A stretch of DNA of 62,496 nucleotides, the filler included, from Sphaeroforma arctica JP610 (Eukaryota), in the NCBI RefSeq assembly GCF_001186125.1. It is 6 parts of 2 records of this genome, joined end to end, with 100 filler letters (N's around TTAATTAATTAA, not from the genome) between each part and the next. Parts side by side here need not be neighbours in the genome. Positions count along the whole stretch, not along the records: positions 9,658 to 27,421 come from NW_014040523.1; positions 27,522 to 53,135 come from NW_014040523.1; 4 more parts are not named here. One strand, given 5' to 3'. Made by a program: the position numbers and the translations under genes. This document shows, piece after piece, positions 26,101 to 37,500 of this stretch. The stretch's first letter is position 1. Each line of letters opens with the position of its first letter. A model generated the notes under the pieces. The model had not been told where the DNA came from. It made no database searches and saw only the letters and a program-made list of their open reading frames with translations.

Positions 26101-27521
26101 AGTATGTACGGTTGCCTGGGCTTCAGCCACTCGCGCTTCTACGCCAAGCCGCTTGCCGCACTGGTTACCAGCAAAGGCCGTGAGATTCTGGAGAATACAG
26201 GTAGGTGCTATGTAATGTTTGTGTATGTATATGTATATAGCCCCAGTTTGTAGGATGTGTATAGTATTAATATGTAAGCACAGTATATGTATTTTTTATA
26301 ACGTCTCATTTTTACATCTTTGTATTATTGTTCGACTCTTACTTGGCAGTCACCTTGGCGCGGACATCGCTGAACCTGGATGTGATCTATGGAGACACTG
26401 ATTCCATCATGGTCAACACCAACAAGAAAGATCTCAAGGAAGTCATGGAAATTGGGCGTAAGGTGTGCAAGGAAGTGAACAAGCTCTACCGTCTCTTGGA
26501 GATTGACATCGATGGCGTGTACAAGTCAATGCTGCTGCTGAAGAAGAAAAAGGTAGGCTCCATTATTATGCAGCGACTGTTGCTTTATACGTATGGGCCG
26601 CCCGACATGCGCTATTGAACACGTTGAAATTGTTCCACGTTTCTATTCCCACCTTTTTCTCCTCGTTTTTTCCACATAGAGAGCACCGGGAACGCTCTCA
26701 GGCACGCATTCAGTATAGATGAGACATTGCTAGTCCCCAATCTAGCACACGCTTGAATACACCACATAAACGCATAGTGACTGTTATGTTGCCTTTCTCG
26801 CTCTTCTACAGTATGCTGCACTGGCCATACACGAGAAGGACGGCAAGTTCACCACTGTACAAGAAACCAAGGTATAAAAAGCACTGCTCGTTTGGGTGTG
26901 GGTAATCGTATGTTGGGGTTCAATTTCGTTGACCGGAAACCCGCTTCAAAAATCTATTTGACTCGGAATCCGTGAGGATATCACGACTAGCCAATTCTTA
27001 ACCGCCCTAAAAAACGAATCGCAGCAATTGGCTATGGCAATCTGAAAACCATTGGCTGTGATGCTGTTTTAGCTGAACAAGTGAGTCATTTGCACTTCCA
27101 TTCCCTAAACACGTGTATCACTTCGCTTCCATTCGAATTTAGGGTCTTGATATTGTACGAAGAGACTGGTGTGGGCTCTCCCATGATGTCGGAAGGTGAG
27201 ATGATGGGCAGTGTATTATAGATGGACGATTCTGTATTTCCTTAACCTGATGTCAATAGTTGATGTCCCAAACATGCCATCTCATATTCATGTGTTCAAG
27301 CTGACACCGTCATGGACCCATCCATAAATGCAGCATATATGAACTGAATTTTATTATTGTGATGTATGTATGTGCACTAGCAATACCCCATATCGCGAGT
27401 ATCCGTTCCTACTGATCTCTCNNNNNNNNNNNNNNNNNNNNNNNNNNNNNNNNNNNNNNNNNNNNTTAATTAATTAANNNNNNNNNNNNNNNNNNNNNNN
27501 NNNNNNNNNNNNNNNNNNNNN

Positions 27522-27585
<64 letters not shown>

Positions 27586-30202
27586 ACACACACACACACA
27601 CATATATATATTTAGTTTTTTCCAAGGCACAACCATGTGCGTTGTTCGCGCCTGCGCTCAACATATTCACCAACCCAGATAGCTCACTATCTTCATAGAT
27701 AAATCACCTATGATTGTCTTGCATATAATACGTATAGTTACCTGTTGAATATACTATTTCTACACAGATGCCACGTACTACCTCAAACAGCAGATCCATC
27801 CTGTGGTCACGCGTCTGTGCGATCCCATCCAGGGCACAGACACGCGCATGATTGCCGAGTGCCTGGGCCTGGATGCGTCCAGCTACCATGTCAAGCAGGA
27901 GCAGGAAGAGGAAGACGAGCTTATCTACAAACGCACACAGGTGGGTATGAGGCGGAGATAGTAGGCACTGTTGGTGTAATAGGGGAGTGGGTGGGGCTAT
28001 TTAGTTGCACAGATGGGGTTACACACATATTGGTACGTTGGCAAAGGAACACGGATTGGTTGTCAAGCGTACGCTGTTGTGGTTTGTAACTGCACCGGGT
28101 TGGCCTTTGAAGACACGATTTAACTGCGTGTGATAAATACACAGTACCATAAACCACATGAAGCCACTTCCAAGGGTTCAATCATCGGCAATTCAATAGG
28201 CTATCGCACAGCCCATACCTATATCAACAGGCATTCTACACTTGCCCAGCAAATACCCCAGGAGTATACTAGCACACATCCCGAGTTTAACGGACGTATA
28301 AAAATTATATACTGATACCAATACACTCCTGTACTTGCGAAAAATTATCCTCAAACCTTGAACCCTACAACTGAAATGTGAACCAAATTGATACTATAGC
28401 CTACCTTTGACTCTATACCCTACAGATATCCGACGCCGAGAAGTACAGGGACGCGGACGGGCTTTCTGTGAAGTGTCCCAGCTGTGGCACCGCCAATGAG
28501 ATCACTGGGATTTTCAGCGGAGATATCAGTAGCATGGGCGAGGATGTACGCTGTGCTATGGCGTGTGTGAGCTGTGCAAAGGCTATGCCGCCTGCGTTCC
28601 TATGTAATACATTAACGCTGCTGATCCGTGCGGCGATAACTAAGTACTATCAGGTATACTGTACCACTTCAGATCTAGAGATGTGAATGCGTGATGTAGT
28701 ACTATCCGATTTGGTGCTCGAGTTAAGATTCAGATACGTGTTTGCTGATGGATGCAAAAATATCATTTTTATGATAAAGTTTAGCATCGTATCAGTGCTT
28801 TGTGCTATGACTATACTATAGTATCTACTGCTGTGTCGATGCCTATGTCGCCTGCGTGCTTGTGCAATATCCCATGCTCATGGACATAAGTCCAGTAGTT
28901 TCATGGACTCATCGATCACGTGAATATCCACCAACTGTTATTTCATATCTATTCCAACTTCAATTGTCGCAGGGTTGGCTGCTATGCGACGAGCAAGCGT
29001 GCAGGAATCGTACGCGCTACGTGTCCGTATGTGGCAGGAGGTGCTCGGTACCCTACTGCCGCGGTACTATGTCGCCAGAGGTAAGTCTATTTTTAGATTT
29101 GGTTTGGGCCGCGTGTAATCAATAGCTGTAGTAGCTCCGTCCAGGTGAATGGATTTCATGGCTCTGGTAGCGTATCTGGCGTACGATTAGTACTTATACA
29201 TGGTCCTGCTGTAGTTCAAGACTATTCTGCTTTCGAAACTGATCTCTTATTTCGTCACCATGTGTATTCCGCGCATTAGCCATCCACGCAGCTGGTGTAC
29301 TATACAGCACTAAGCTCATTCCAATGCTGATCGCTTATTTCGTCACCAAAAGTGCTCTGCACACCGGCTACTCGCCCAATAGCCGTACTATATATTCATA
29401 GTCTTATTCCGACACAATTCTCTTATTTCGTCACCGTCAGTATTCTGCACACCAGCTGTTCACCCAACTGGCGTACTACCAGTACCTGTTTGATCTGCCG
29501 CTGCTATTGAAGAAGTCGCCCTCCGCCGCCACCAGTGCAGGGAACAACGCAATGTCACGCGATGGTATGTATGTGTTATTGTGGTGTGATAAGCTACCTG
29601 TGATGGTGCCTTGTAGTTGCATGTCTCTGTCATGTTCATGCGATGTTATATATGTATCATTGCTGTGTGTAAAGTTGCCTGTACTGAAGCCGCCAGGTAT
29701 CTGCATCACTCAGAAACCGTGCATATGTGAACTTCTTATTGACATCCTAGTAATAGTAGTATTTGTACCTGTTTTATCAACCGCTGCATTGAAGAGGTCG
29801 CCCTCAGCCGTCACCAGTGCGGGAAACAGCGGTTTGTCACACGATGTAATGTACATATCACAGTTGTGTGTAAACTCGGTATAACACATATATACGAATT
29901 AACCTCAGCACACGGCCGGTTTTGGCGAACACAACGAGCTGCACACTGACATATGCCAGAGTGTTGCCTAAAACACATCACAAATCGATACAATCTGACT
30001 TGATCTCTGCTGCACTTTTATATACTTGCCTTCAGGTGTTGAGCGCATAACATCGTCATTTAAGGATGACATCAGCCGAGTGCACGCGCATGTTACGACA
30101 TTTATTCAAAAGAACGCCAGGACATACGTGGACCTTGCACAGTTGTTCGGGTCACTGACAATGGCCATTAATGCCCCGAAAATGGCACCGGGTGCACACT
30201 GA
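10294..30202 (+). CDS. POLA1: DNA polymerase alpha catalytic subunit (family B), multi-exon, with exons missing in the 27422-27521 gap
   Basis: Exons: 10294-10371, 11071-11170, 12340-12441, 12824-13011, 13907-14029, 14519-14702, 15644-15772, 16270-16349, 16834-17046, 17866-18129, 18668-18811, 19426-19585, 19826-19900, 20719-20858, 21374-21474, 21864-21931, 22218-22531, 23289-23397, 24022-24158, 24712-region exon 24612-24803, 25337-25477, 26062-26200, 26350-26552, 26812-26871, 27143-27195, gap, 27768-27940, 28426-28653, 28973-29080, 29441-29564, 30036-30202. Motifs: N-terminal [12 protein letters not shown] and [59 protein letters not shown]-terminal Zn fingers CPSC..CVSC and CDEQAC..CSVPYC. 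Confidence 0.97.
13020..13400. repeat. Intronic 17-bp minisatellite (AAGTGTATGTTGTATAT)n
   Basis: About 20 degenerate copies directly after the POLA1 donor at 13012. They explain the spurious Y/T/H-rich minus-strand ORFs. Confidence 0.9.
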
Positions 30203-31979
30203 TAGTTAGTAGGTAAATATATAAATATAGTCAGCAAGAACGTGAAACTGAGGTATCCCGTATGAGCCTGTCACGGCTTACAAAAGGTCTTATTAATTAG
30301 GTTACATATCGCAATCAAGTAATGTACAGAGTCATAGCCTCTCATGCGCGCACGTGATTTCGTATGGCAGGGGCCTTGAATACCCAACAGGATTACCTAT
30401 ATACGCATATAAAATAAACATTCGCACCTGCTGATGAATTCTTCGGCAATCGATCCCATAGTGTTGGCTCGAGTCCTAGTGATTGTTGCACTCGTGATTA
30501 CTGGCTTTAATGACTGAAGGGTAGCCGGGCGATTCGGGCCTTACTAGAATCCATCTGCGCAGGCATATACATGCGCGTGTGTTTGTGTATATTAGTCAAC
30601 CAGACTGTAGGATAAGTCGTTGCGCTAACACACGTGTGTATCTAAAAATAGACAAGCAGCATCATTGACCTGTCCGTGATTTGTACGTATTCTGTATGGG
30701 ATTTCGGATCAATTGTGTTTACTAGTAGACATGGCAAACAGTCACAAATGAGACAGACAATTGTAGCTTCCCTTTGAGTGGTCTTGAGCCTCAACCCATC
30801 CCCGTGCCTTCTGCCTGCTTGAGATCCCGAAAGGATTTAACGTTTTGAAAACGGCCCGTCGCCGTCTCACTTCGTAAGAACCATGTGTGATCGTGCAGTT
30901 TTTCAACCTGAGCACCGGTGCAGTACTATAGTTCATAGGCGCCTATTTATAACACATGAATGTATTTATTCGCTCATATTTGGTGCATGAGCACGATTTA
31001 ACACTGTGATCTGGCTCGCTGGAGCTGGTATATGGGACACTAGCAATACGAATCATCCAAGCGCTGTGGGCCGATACTGTGATGTTGTGATGAATTAGGT
31101 TATCACCAAGCGCCTTATATACAACATGATGCTCCACCCCAAACCGATAGTTACGTTTGGCGTCGGTGTGTGGGTCACGGGAATGGTACGCATATATTAT
31201 TGGTAACGCTATGGGTTGGCACCGACTGCATTGGAGGCACACACACACTGCAGTGGGTCATTTGGGTACCATGGCCAGCCCATTGACTATGGGTAATGGT
31301 GTGCGCATTAAGCGTGCACGCCGAGAGTCAGGCGAGGTGTGCGATGGAGATGTGAGTCAGTGTCCATACAAACTCGCCTAGTTACAGGTATACGACTACA
31401 AAAGTAGTCTTTCTATTATATTAGGTTCAATGTTCGATCCGTTTCCAACGAAACACGAAGCAGCGCTGTATGTAAATTTTGGATGCATGCGCACACCACT
31501 TATTAAGGAAGATATCACAGGTACGTATATATGATCGCATTTGCTTTGGTAACGCGCGACACCTAGTATTAGTTCATCAGCTGCAGTGGCCGATATTGTT
31601 GTCTAGGTGTTGAGAAGAGTTTAGTATTTATTGTGTTATGCGGATAATTTAAAGGTCTGAATTGGTACTAAACTGCACGCCTCGTTGTAACACGGTACTG
31701 TCCGTCTGTACTTTACCACTCACCGTACAAGATGTTGTTATAAAGCGTCTGCACATCAAAAGTTACTGGGCAGACTATACCCCGGCCATGGTCGTTTAAT
31801 CGACTATGAATATGCAGCAATCACTTTTATTGTGCTAACGAGGCTATCGTCCGCATCAGATATCAGACTCTCCCTCCAAACCCAGCCCATCTCGTATTCC
31901 GTTTGACCAATGTCCCAGTCGCTGGTGTTTGGCAGTGCGTACATTTGCTAGAGATGTGACAGTGATGCCTTCGTTGCGG

Positions 31980-32990
31980 CGCGAGTGTGTGCACCCCTCT
32001 AGCATCGTCGAGTTGTAGGTATCCATGTGTCACCTTGTCGGCCACCTGCAGATACACCTCACCGCCAGCCCGTCTCAGCTTGTGTGCAAAGTCAATCGAG
32101 TTGTCCAACGAGGAGTCATTCGCGATACAGGTAGGTGGGAACTTGCTCCATATGTCATCTGTGGACAAATTGGTTGGGGTCTTGCCGCCCAAAAAGGATG
32201 CATTACTGCCTAATATAGTAGTGTTATTATCTGTCTCCGATCTGTCAGGGCCTGTGCTGGTAGTAGTAGTGTTCAAAAGCGTTACACCATTGCTGTGCGT
32301 GTGCGCTTCTCTGGTTTTGGGTGTGGATGCCACGGAACTTTGGGTGCATGCCAAAGAGATAAAAAGGACCGAAGGTGCCTTGTTTTGTCCTTCGCGAGGT
32401 AGGGACTCATAGCAATGACAAACACGCTGAGTGGCAGCAGAATATCTGCCGCTGCATTCAGACGCGCCGGTGATATGAGGCTCTTCATACACGAAGCTGG
32501 GTAGGTTGCCTGCAACAACTTAGGTGGTGGTATCCTCTCTTGTGCAAGCGCCAGTCTCAAGTGCTAATACCAAATATCCTATATGCTGGTGTTGTTGGGG
32601 TCATGACCCATCTGGTGTGTGTGTTGCAACACCCACGCGTACACGTAGAAGCTTTCATCGAGCGCAACAGGGAGCTTGGCCTCGGCTGCGAGTGAGCAGT
32701 CGATGGTGGCCACCAACACTTCTACTAACTGTTGAGCTCACTACTTCAGATATGCCCGGTGACTTCACGAGGTTTGGGCCACGAAACCTCCTCCATGGAT
32801 AAGAAAAAGAATGCCCGGTTTGCGAATACATTCATTGGTAACACGCCTCATATGGTCAGCTGAGGGTACCATGGATACATCGGGAGCCTGATCTTTGCTC
32901 AATACTATCGGTATTCTCAATAACAAATTGTGCATAGCGATCTCCTGGAATAACCTGGAGACTGGGTATATTGGGGACTTACGCACTTCA
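31980..32990 (-). pseudogene. Hormone-sensitive lipase (HSL family alpha/beta hydrolase) pseudogene, intronless
   Basis: Minus strand reads LFLIHGGGFVAQTS*SHRAYLK**AQQL...IDCSLAAEAKLPVALDESFYVYAW, then after frameshifts ATYPASCMKSLISPARL...DILLPLSV and FPPTCI..LDNSIDFAHKLRRAG..VTHGYLQL. This is collinear with the HSL catalytic domain. The GDSAG nucleophile motif is missing. Confidence 0.85.
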
Positions 32991-34567
32991 CAAGACACAC
33001 TCAAAGTGAAACAGCCCAAGGGTAGGAAACATGTATGTAGAATTATACATGCGCGTGCACACATTGACTCCGCCTTTAACACATTTGCATATGTAGATGC
33101 GCAATATATGTATGCCAAAATCAACCAACACAATCGAATAAGATCGCACATATACCGACTTGTATTACCAGCAGTCATACTCCGATCATACTCGCATACA
33201 CATAGCACACTAACGAATACCGAGCATGTATATACACAAGCAGTTTGAGAGAGGTAGCATATGTTTTCGGGTATAGTGTTTGGAATAAAATTACAAAGTA
33301 TACCTCTTTTTCGCTACAGTTCCGTACTGTTTTTGTTAATTTTGACTTTATTTACTACTCCAAAGTTTATCAGCCCAGTGCTTGTACGTCGCATGCGGAC
33401 TATGAAACGCCACTTATACAAAGGTGTGGGCTTTACTGTGAATAGAGTTTTCAATGTATAATATCACACACGGTAAGACGCTATCAAACAGTTCGATATG
33501 GAAAGCACTAGTAAAAACATCAGTTTAAAGAAAGATTGACATGTTCTCGCAATCATAAGTACAGTAATGCGAACCCTCGGTGACGCGCAGGGGTGCATGT
33601 CAGCCTATCCATCTCTCCTTTCCAACTTCCTTGTAGAATCAAATGTCGCTCGCTGATGTGCGGACGCCTACGGCGTGTGTACTGATCCCTGTGGCTGAGA
33701 AACATATTGGATCCATAATTGTTTGGACATCCAATCTTAAAAATATCTTTAGAGCCTAGAAACCTTGCTGAGGAGTTTTTTAAATTTTATTATTCAACCT
33801 ATAGAACAGTCAAACGCCGTTGTGGAACTGGCGAGGGTTGCACAACAACCGACGCAGACTAAGCACTTGCCGTTTTAAAGATATTCTATAGCAACTATTA
33901 TAGGAACCACGACAGCTGTAAAAGGTCTCAGTACAACTCACATACAGATACGAACAAACTATACAATAAAACACCAAGCCGCTTGTCTCTCTAAGCGCGT
34001 CTCTCTATTCACTCCCATTCACTCCCTGTTATGTAAATCCTCAACATGTGTGGGCCCTGTGGGGTCGCATAGAAGTACAGAGATTGCACAGAAAAATAAA
34101 GAAATCATTTCGACACCAGTTGACAAATGACAGCCCTCGAGCCTCTTCTTGTCATTTGAACGTAAACACAAAATGAAATGATGGAATTTTATACGTTTTA
34201 ACGTAAAAATGATACACTGCTCGCAAGTCACAATTTCAAGCAAATCGTTTGCTTATAAAACGTTTATTGGGAAGCGTTATGCCGCAGGGGGAGTGTGGAG
34301 TGCGGACGCTGCATCAGATTTTGAGAGTAAATAGAGACAGTGGTGGGAAACTGGGAGTTGTGAATGTGGACAGACAGACAAATGAACACTTTTTTGTAAC
34401 CATTCTCGTGTATAGTATTTTTATATATGTAAAAAGGCTATAGCGCTATATACTACCATACTGTTGAGTTTGCGTGTTTGTCGGGCGTCTTCTCACCTGC
34501 GTGTGTGAACTAGGAGCGAGAAGCATATTAATCTAATAACCTTTGAAGCTTTTCTATAGCTGACGAC

Positions 34568-37500
34568 ATGCCTCCTCACAGTAGAACCAAGGTGGTCAGT
34601 GACTCAGGTGTGTATGTGTAAAGCTGTGTTTGTGTGTTCAAGGGGCATCTTCTAGTGGAATATTTATGTTTATGTTGTGTATATGTGTTCATATTGCGTG
34701 TATATACTCATGATATATGAATCTGTTCACATTGTCCTTAGGAAATGCAAAATTGGCGTAGTACGGTTCCGTGTTGTTGGATGAGATTCCGGTACACGCT
34801 CTCTGTTTAATTTATACTGTGGAGTGTATTCGAATGCTGTACGATTTTCCCATAGGTTTTTTAACGTCCAATTTATCTGTCCATTGATAAAAACCGAATT
34901 GAAACTACCTTACGTGCAGTCCTTGTACTTCACATGCAACGACGAAGTGTGTGTGAGATTTTAGAAACATGTACTAACAACAAGCTAGCATGTCAGATTA
35001 TACGTATGAAATGCTGTCTTGTGTCCAAGGTGACTGTGAAACTGTAGGCAGGTGCACAAGTGCCCATGTATAAGGTCAATATTTGTGTCTTGAGCTATAG
35101 TGCCATACTTCATATATACGAAAAGTGTCTTGGTTGACTTCTAACCACAAACCGCGCAGAGATACCTACGCTCACACATCATACGTATTTGTAGCCTGTG
35201 GTCTGTTAAAGTCTCGTCGTTGACATATACGAGCATCGATTACTGGATATTCAATCAGTTGAGGAAAGGTTCCGGAATGAAATCGTGCAAGCTATACACT
35301 AGTAGCACCCACTTGGGCATCCTCGGATATAAGACTATAATCAAAATCTCCTCAACTTTGAGATCCTTGAAGTTCGCAATAGTCTCACCTGGTCTATCCA
35401 CGAGCACCATCTTCGCCTGTGGCCAGTTCTAACATATATTACCATCTCATGTGTTATGTTGCTATTGAAAAATAGATCCCGAGCTTAGTGATCTGAAGAT
35501 GAAGCACTTCACGCGAGAAGAGATCCTCAACCACACCAATGACAAGTACTGCATCTTGGAGGATGGTGTGTATGATCTCACGAACTTCAGGGATAAGCAT
35601 CCTGGTGGCGATGTTCTGGACTTCTTTCCCGGACAGGTACGTATTTATGTTTGAAGAATGTGAATAGTATACTTTTTACGTATGATGTTGCCTCGGGGGA
35701 TTCAGTGCTTTCCTGATTTTGTTGTTATTTTAGGAGGTTATGCTGTTGTATTGCCTAGTACATTTACATTTTGGGGGAGGGCTTGTACACACAATCATTT
35801 TTTTTTTGCCGAAGACTCATCAACGTATATATTCGTTAGTTGAAGTGAACAAAAGATTGAAGGAGATAGATATCTGTGGGTTGTGATGAATGGTAAAGCG
35901 TTCAAGGCAGGCTGGCCGTGTGCCATATATGTTCTTCTTGGTGTCATCAGTGAATTGATTTAATGCTGTGCTAGCTGCGACTGAGATCCTACATATCTGC
36001 ACAATACAGGTGTTCTATACCCCAAACACAACGCCCCTGTGCCACAGTATCATATCACCTTCCGATTATCAGATTTGTTACCATGTGTTTTCGTATACAT
36101 GATGGTTCACAGTAAAGGTCCTTGATAATGTATATCCCCATCTCGATCAGTTCGCCGTGCTATGGTACTGAGGTGTTCTATATGGATCTCTGGCTGTGTG
36201 AGTATCACGTCGCAGACGCTACAATCGTTTGCCCTATATATATAGATAGTTTGTGCAATGATGTATGGTATTATGTAGTACAAAGTCAACCAACCGTGCG
36301 TGCAGCTGACACCACTGTGCCGCAACCCCATTCTCCAATGCTCTTCGCTTTTAAGCGTATACTATGTATAAATATCACTGTAAAACTCCCTACGCGCCTT
36401 ACAGGAAGCCACACCCCACTTCTACATGCTGCACCAATACGAATCAACTATATAGTAATATCACTGTAACACTCCCTACGCGCCTTACACGATGCCACAC
36501 CCCACTTCTACATGCTGCACCAATACGAATCTACTATATAGTAGTATCACTGTAACACTCCCTACGCGCCTTACAGGATGCCACACCCCACTTCTACATG
36601 CTGCACCAATACGAATCTAATAAATAGTAATACCACTGTAGCACTCCTTACACGCCTTACAGGATGCCACACCCCACTTCTACATGCTGCACCAACACGA
36701 ATCGACTATATAGTAATATCACTGTAACACGCCCTACGCGCCTTACAGGATGCCACACCTCACTTCTACATGCTGCACCAATACGAATCGCTACCGTCTG
36801 TTCTGGCCGAGTACAAGGTGGGCAGTGTAGCCAGAGATGACAGCTATGTGTACCACACACCGCTGATGAAGCAGATCAAGTCTGCAGTGCGCAAGGTCAT
36901 GCCCATGCAAGAATGGTGGGCGCCCCCGTCGTGGTATGTGTGTGTAGGGTGGGATCTGTGGCACGCTTGGTATAGTCTGAGCCAATCTGCGATTCTGAAC
37001 TTAGTTTCTATGCGGTTCTTGGCTTATTTTCAATGCGATTGTCAGCTTAATTATAGCGCGCTTCTAAGCTTAGTTTCTATGCGGTTCTTGGCTTAGTTTC
37101 AATGCGATTGTTAGCTTAGTTGTATCGCGCTTCTAAGCTTAGTTTCTATGCGGTTCTTGGCTTAGTTTCAATGCGATTGTTAGCTTAGTTGAATCGCGCT
37201 TCTTATCTTAGTTTCAATGCAATTTTTAGCGTAGTTTCAAGTTATATTTGACTGTCCCCATTCTGATATGCGGAGAGAGCGGACGTATGCCACGCCTATC
37301 TCTGTTTTTGGCAATTTTAGGCCACAGCTGTCTTCCAATAGTGTGTATATACCACTGCTCTCGGGCAGTTGTCTGCTGTAGTTAAGCCGAAAATTGGTTC
37401 AAATGAGCTGATAAAGAGGTTTATATAAGCCAATCATGTCTAGGGATTTATAGCACCTGTTTAGATCTGTGGATCTTGGCTTAATTGTGAGCTATTTATG

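Noticed and set aside
10294..30202. Family B polymerase as a Polinton or giant-virus gene
   Set aside because: It has the Pol alpha-specific N-terminus and C-terminal Zn fingers, about 30 introns, and no viral neighbours.
30742..31381. Short ORFs between POLA1 and the lipase pseudogene
   Set aside because: No recognisable motifs or consistent splice pattern.
32738..32767. In-frame TGA/TAG as selenocysteine, readthrough or an alternative genetic code
   Set aside because: They co-occur with frameshifts and loss of the catalytic motif, and neighbouring genes use TAG/TGA/TAA as normal stops.
36371..36790. Regular repeats here and at 54690-55310 and 57280-57631 as CRISPR arrays
   Set aside because: Whole units repeat with no unique spacers, there are no cas genes, and the context is eukaryotic introns.
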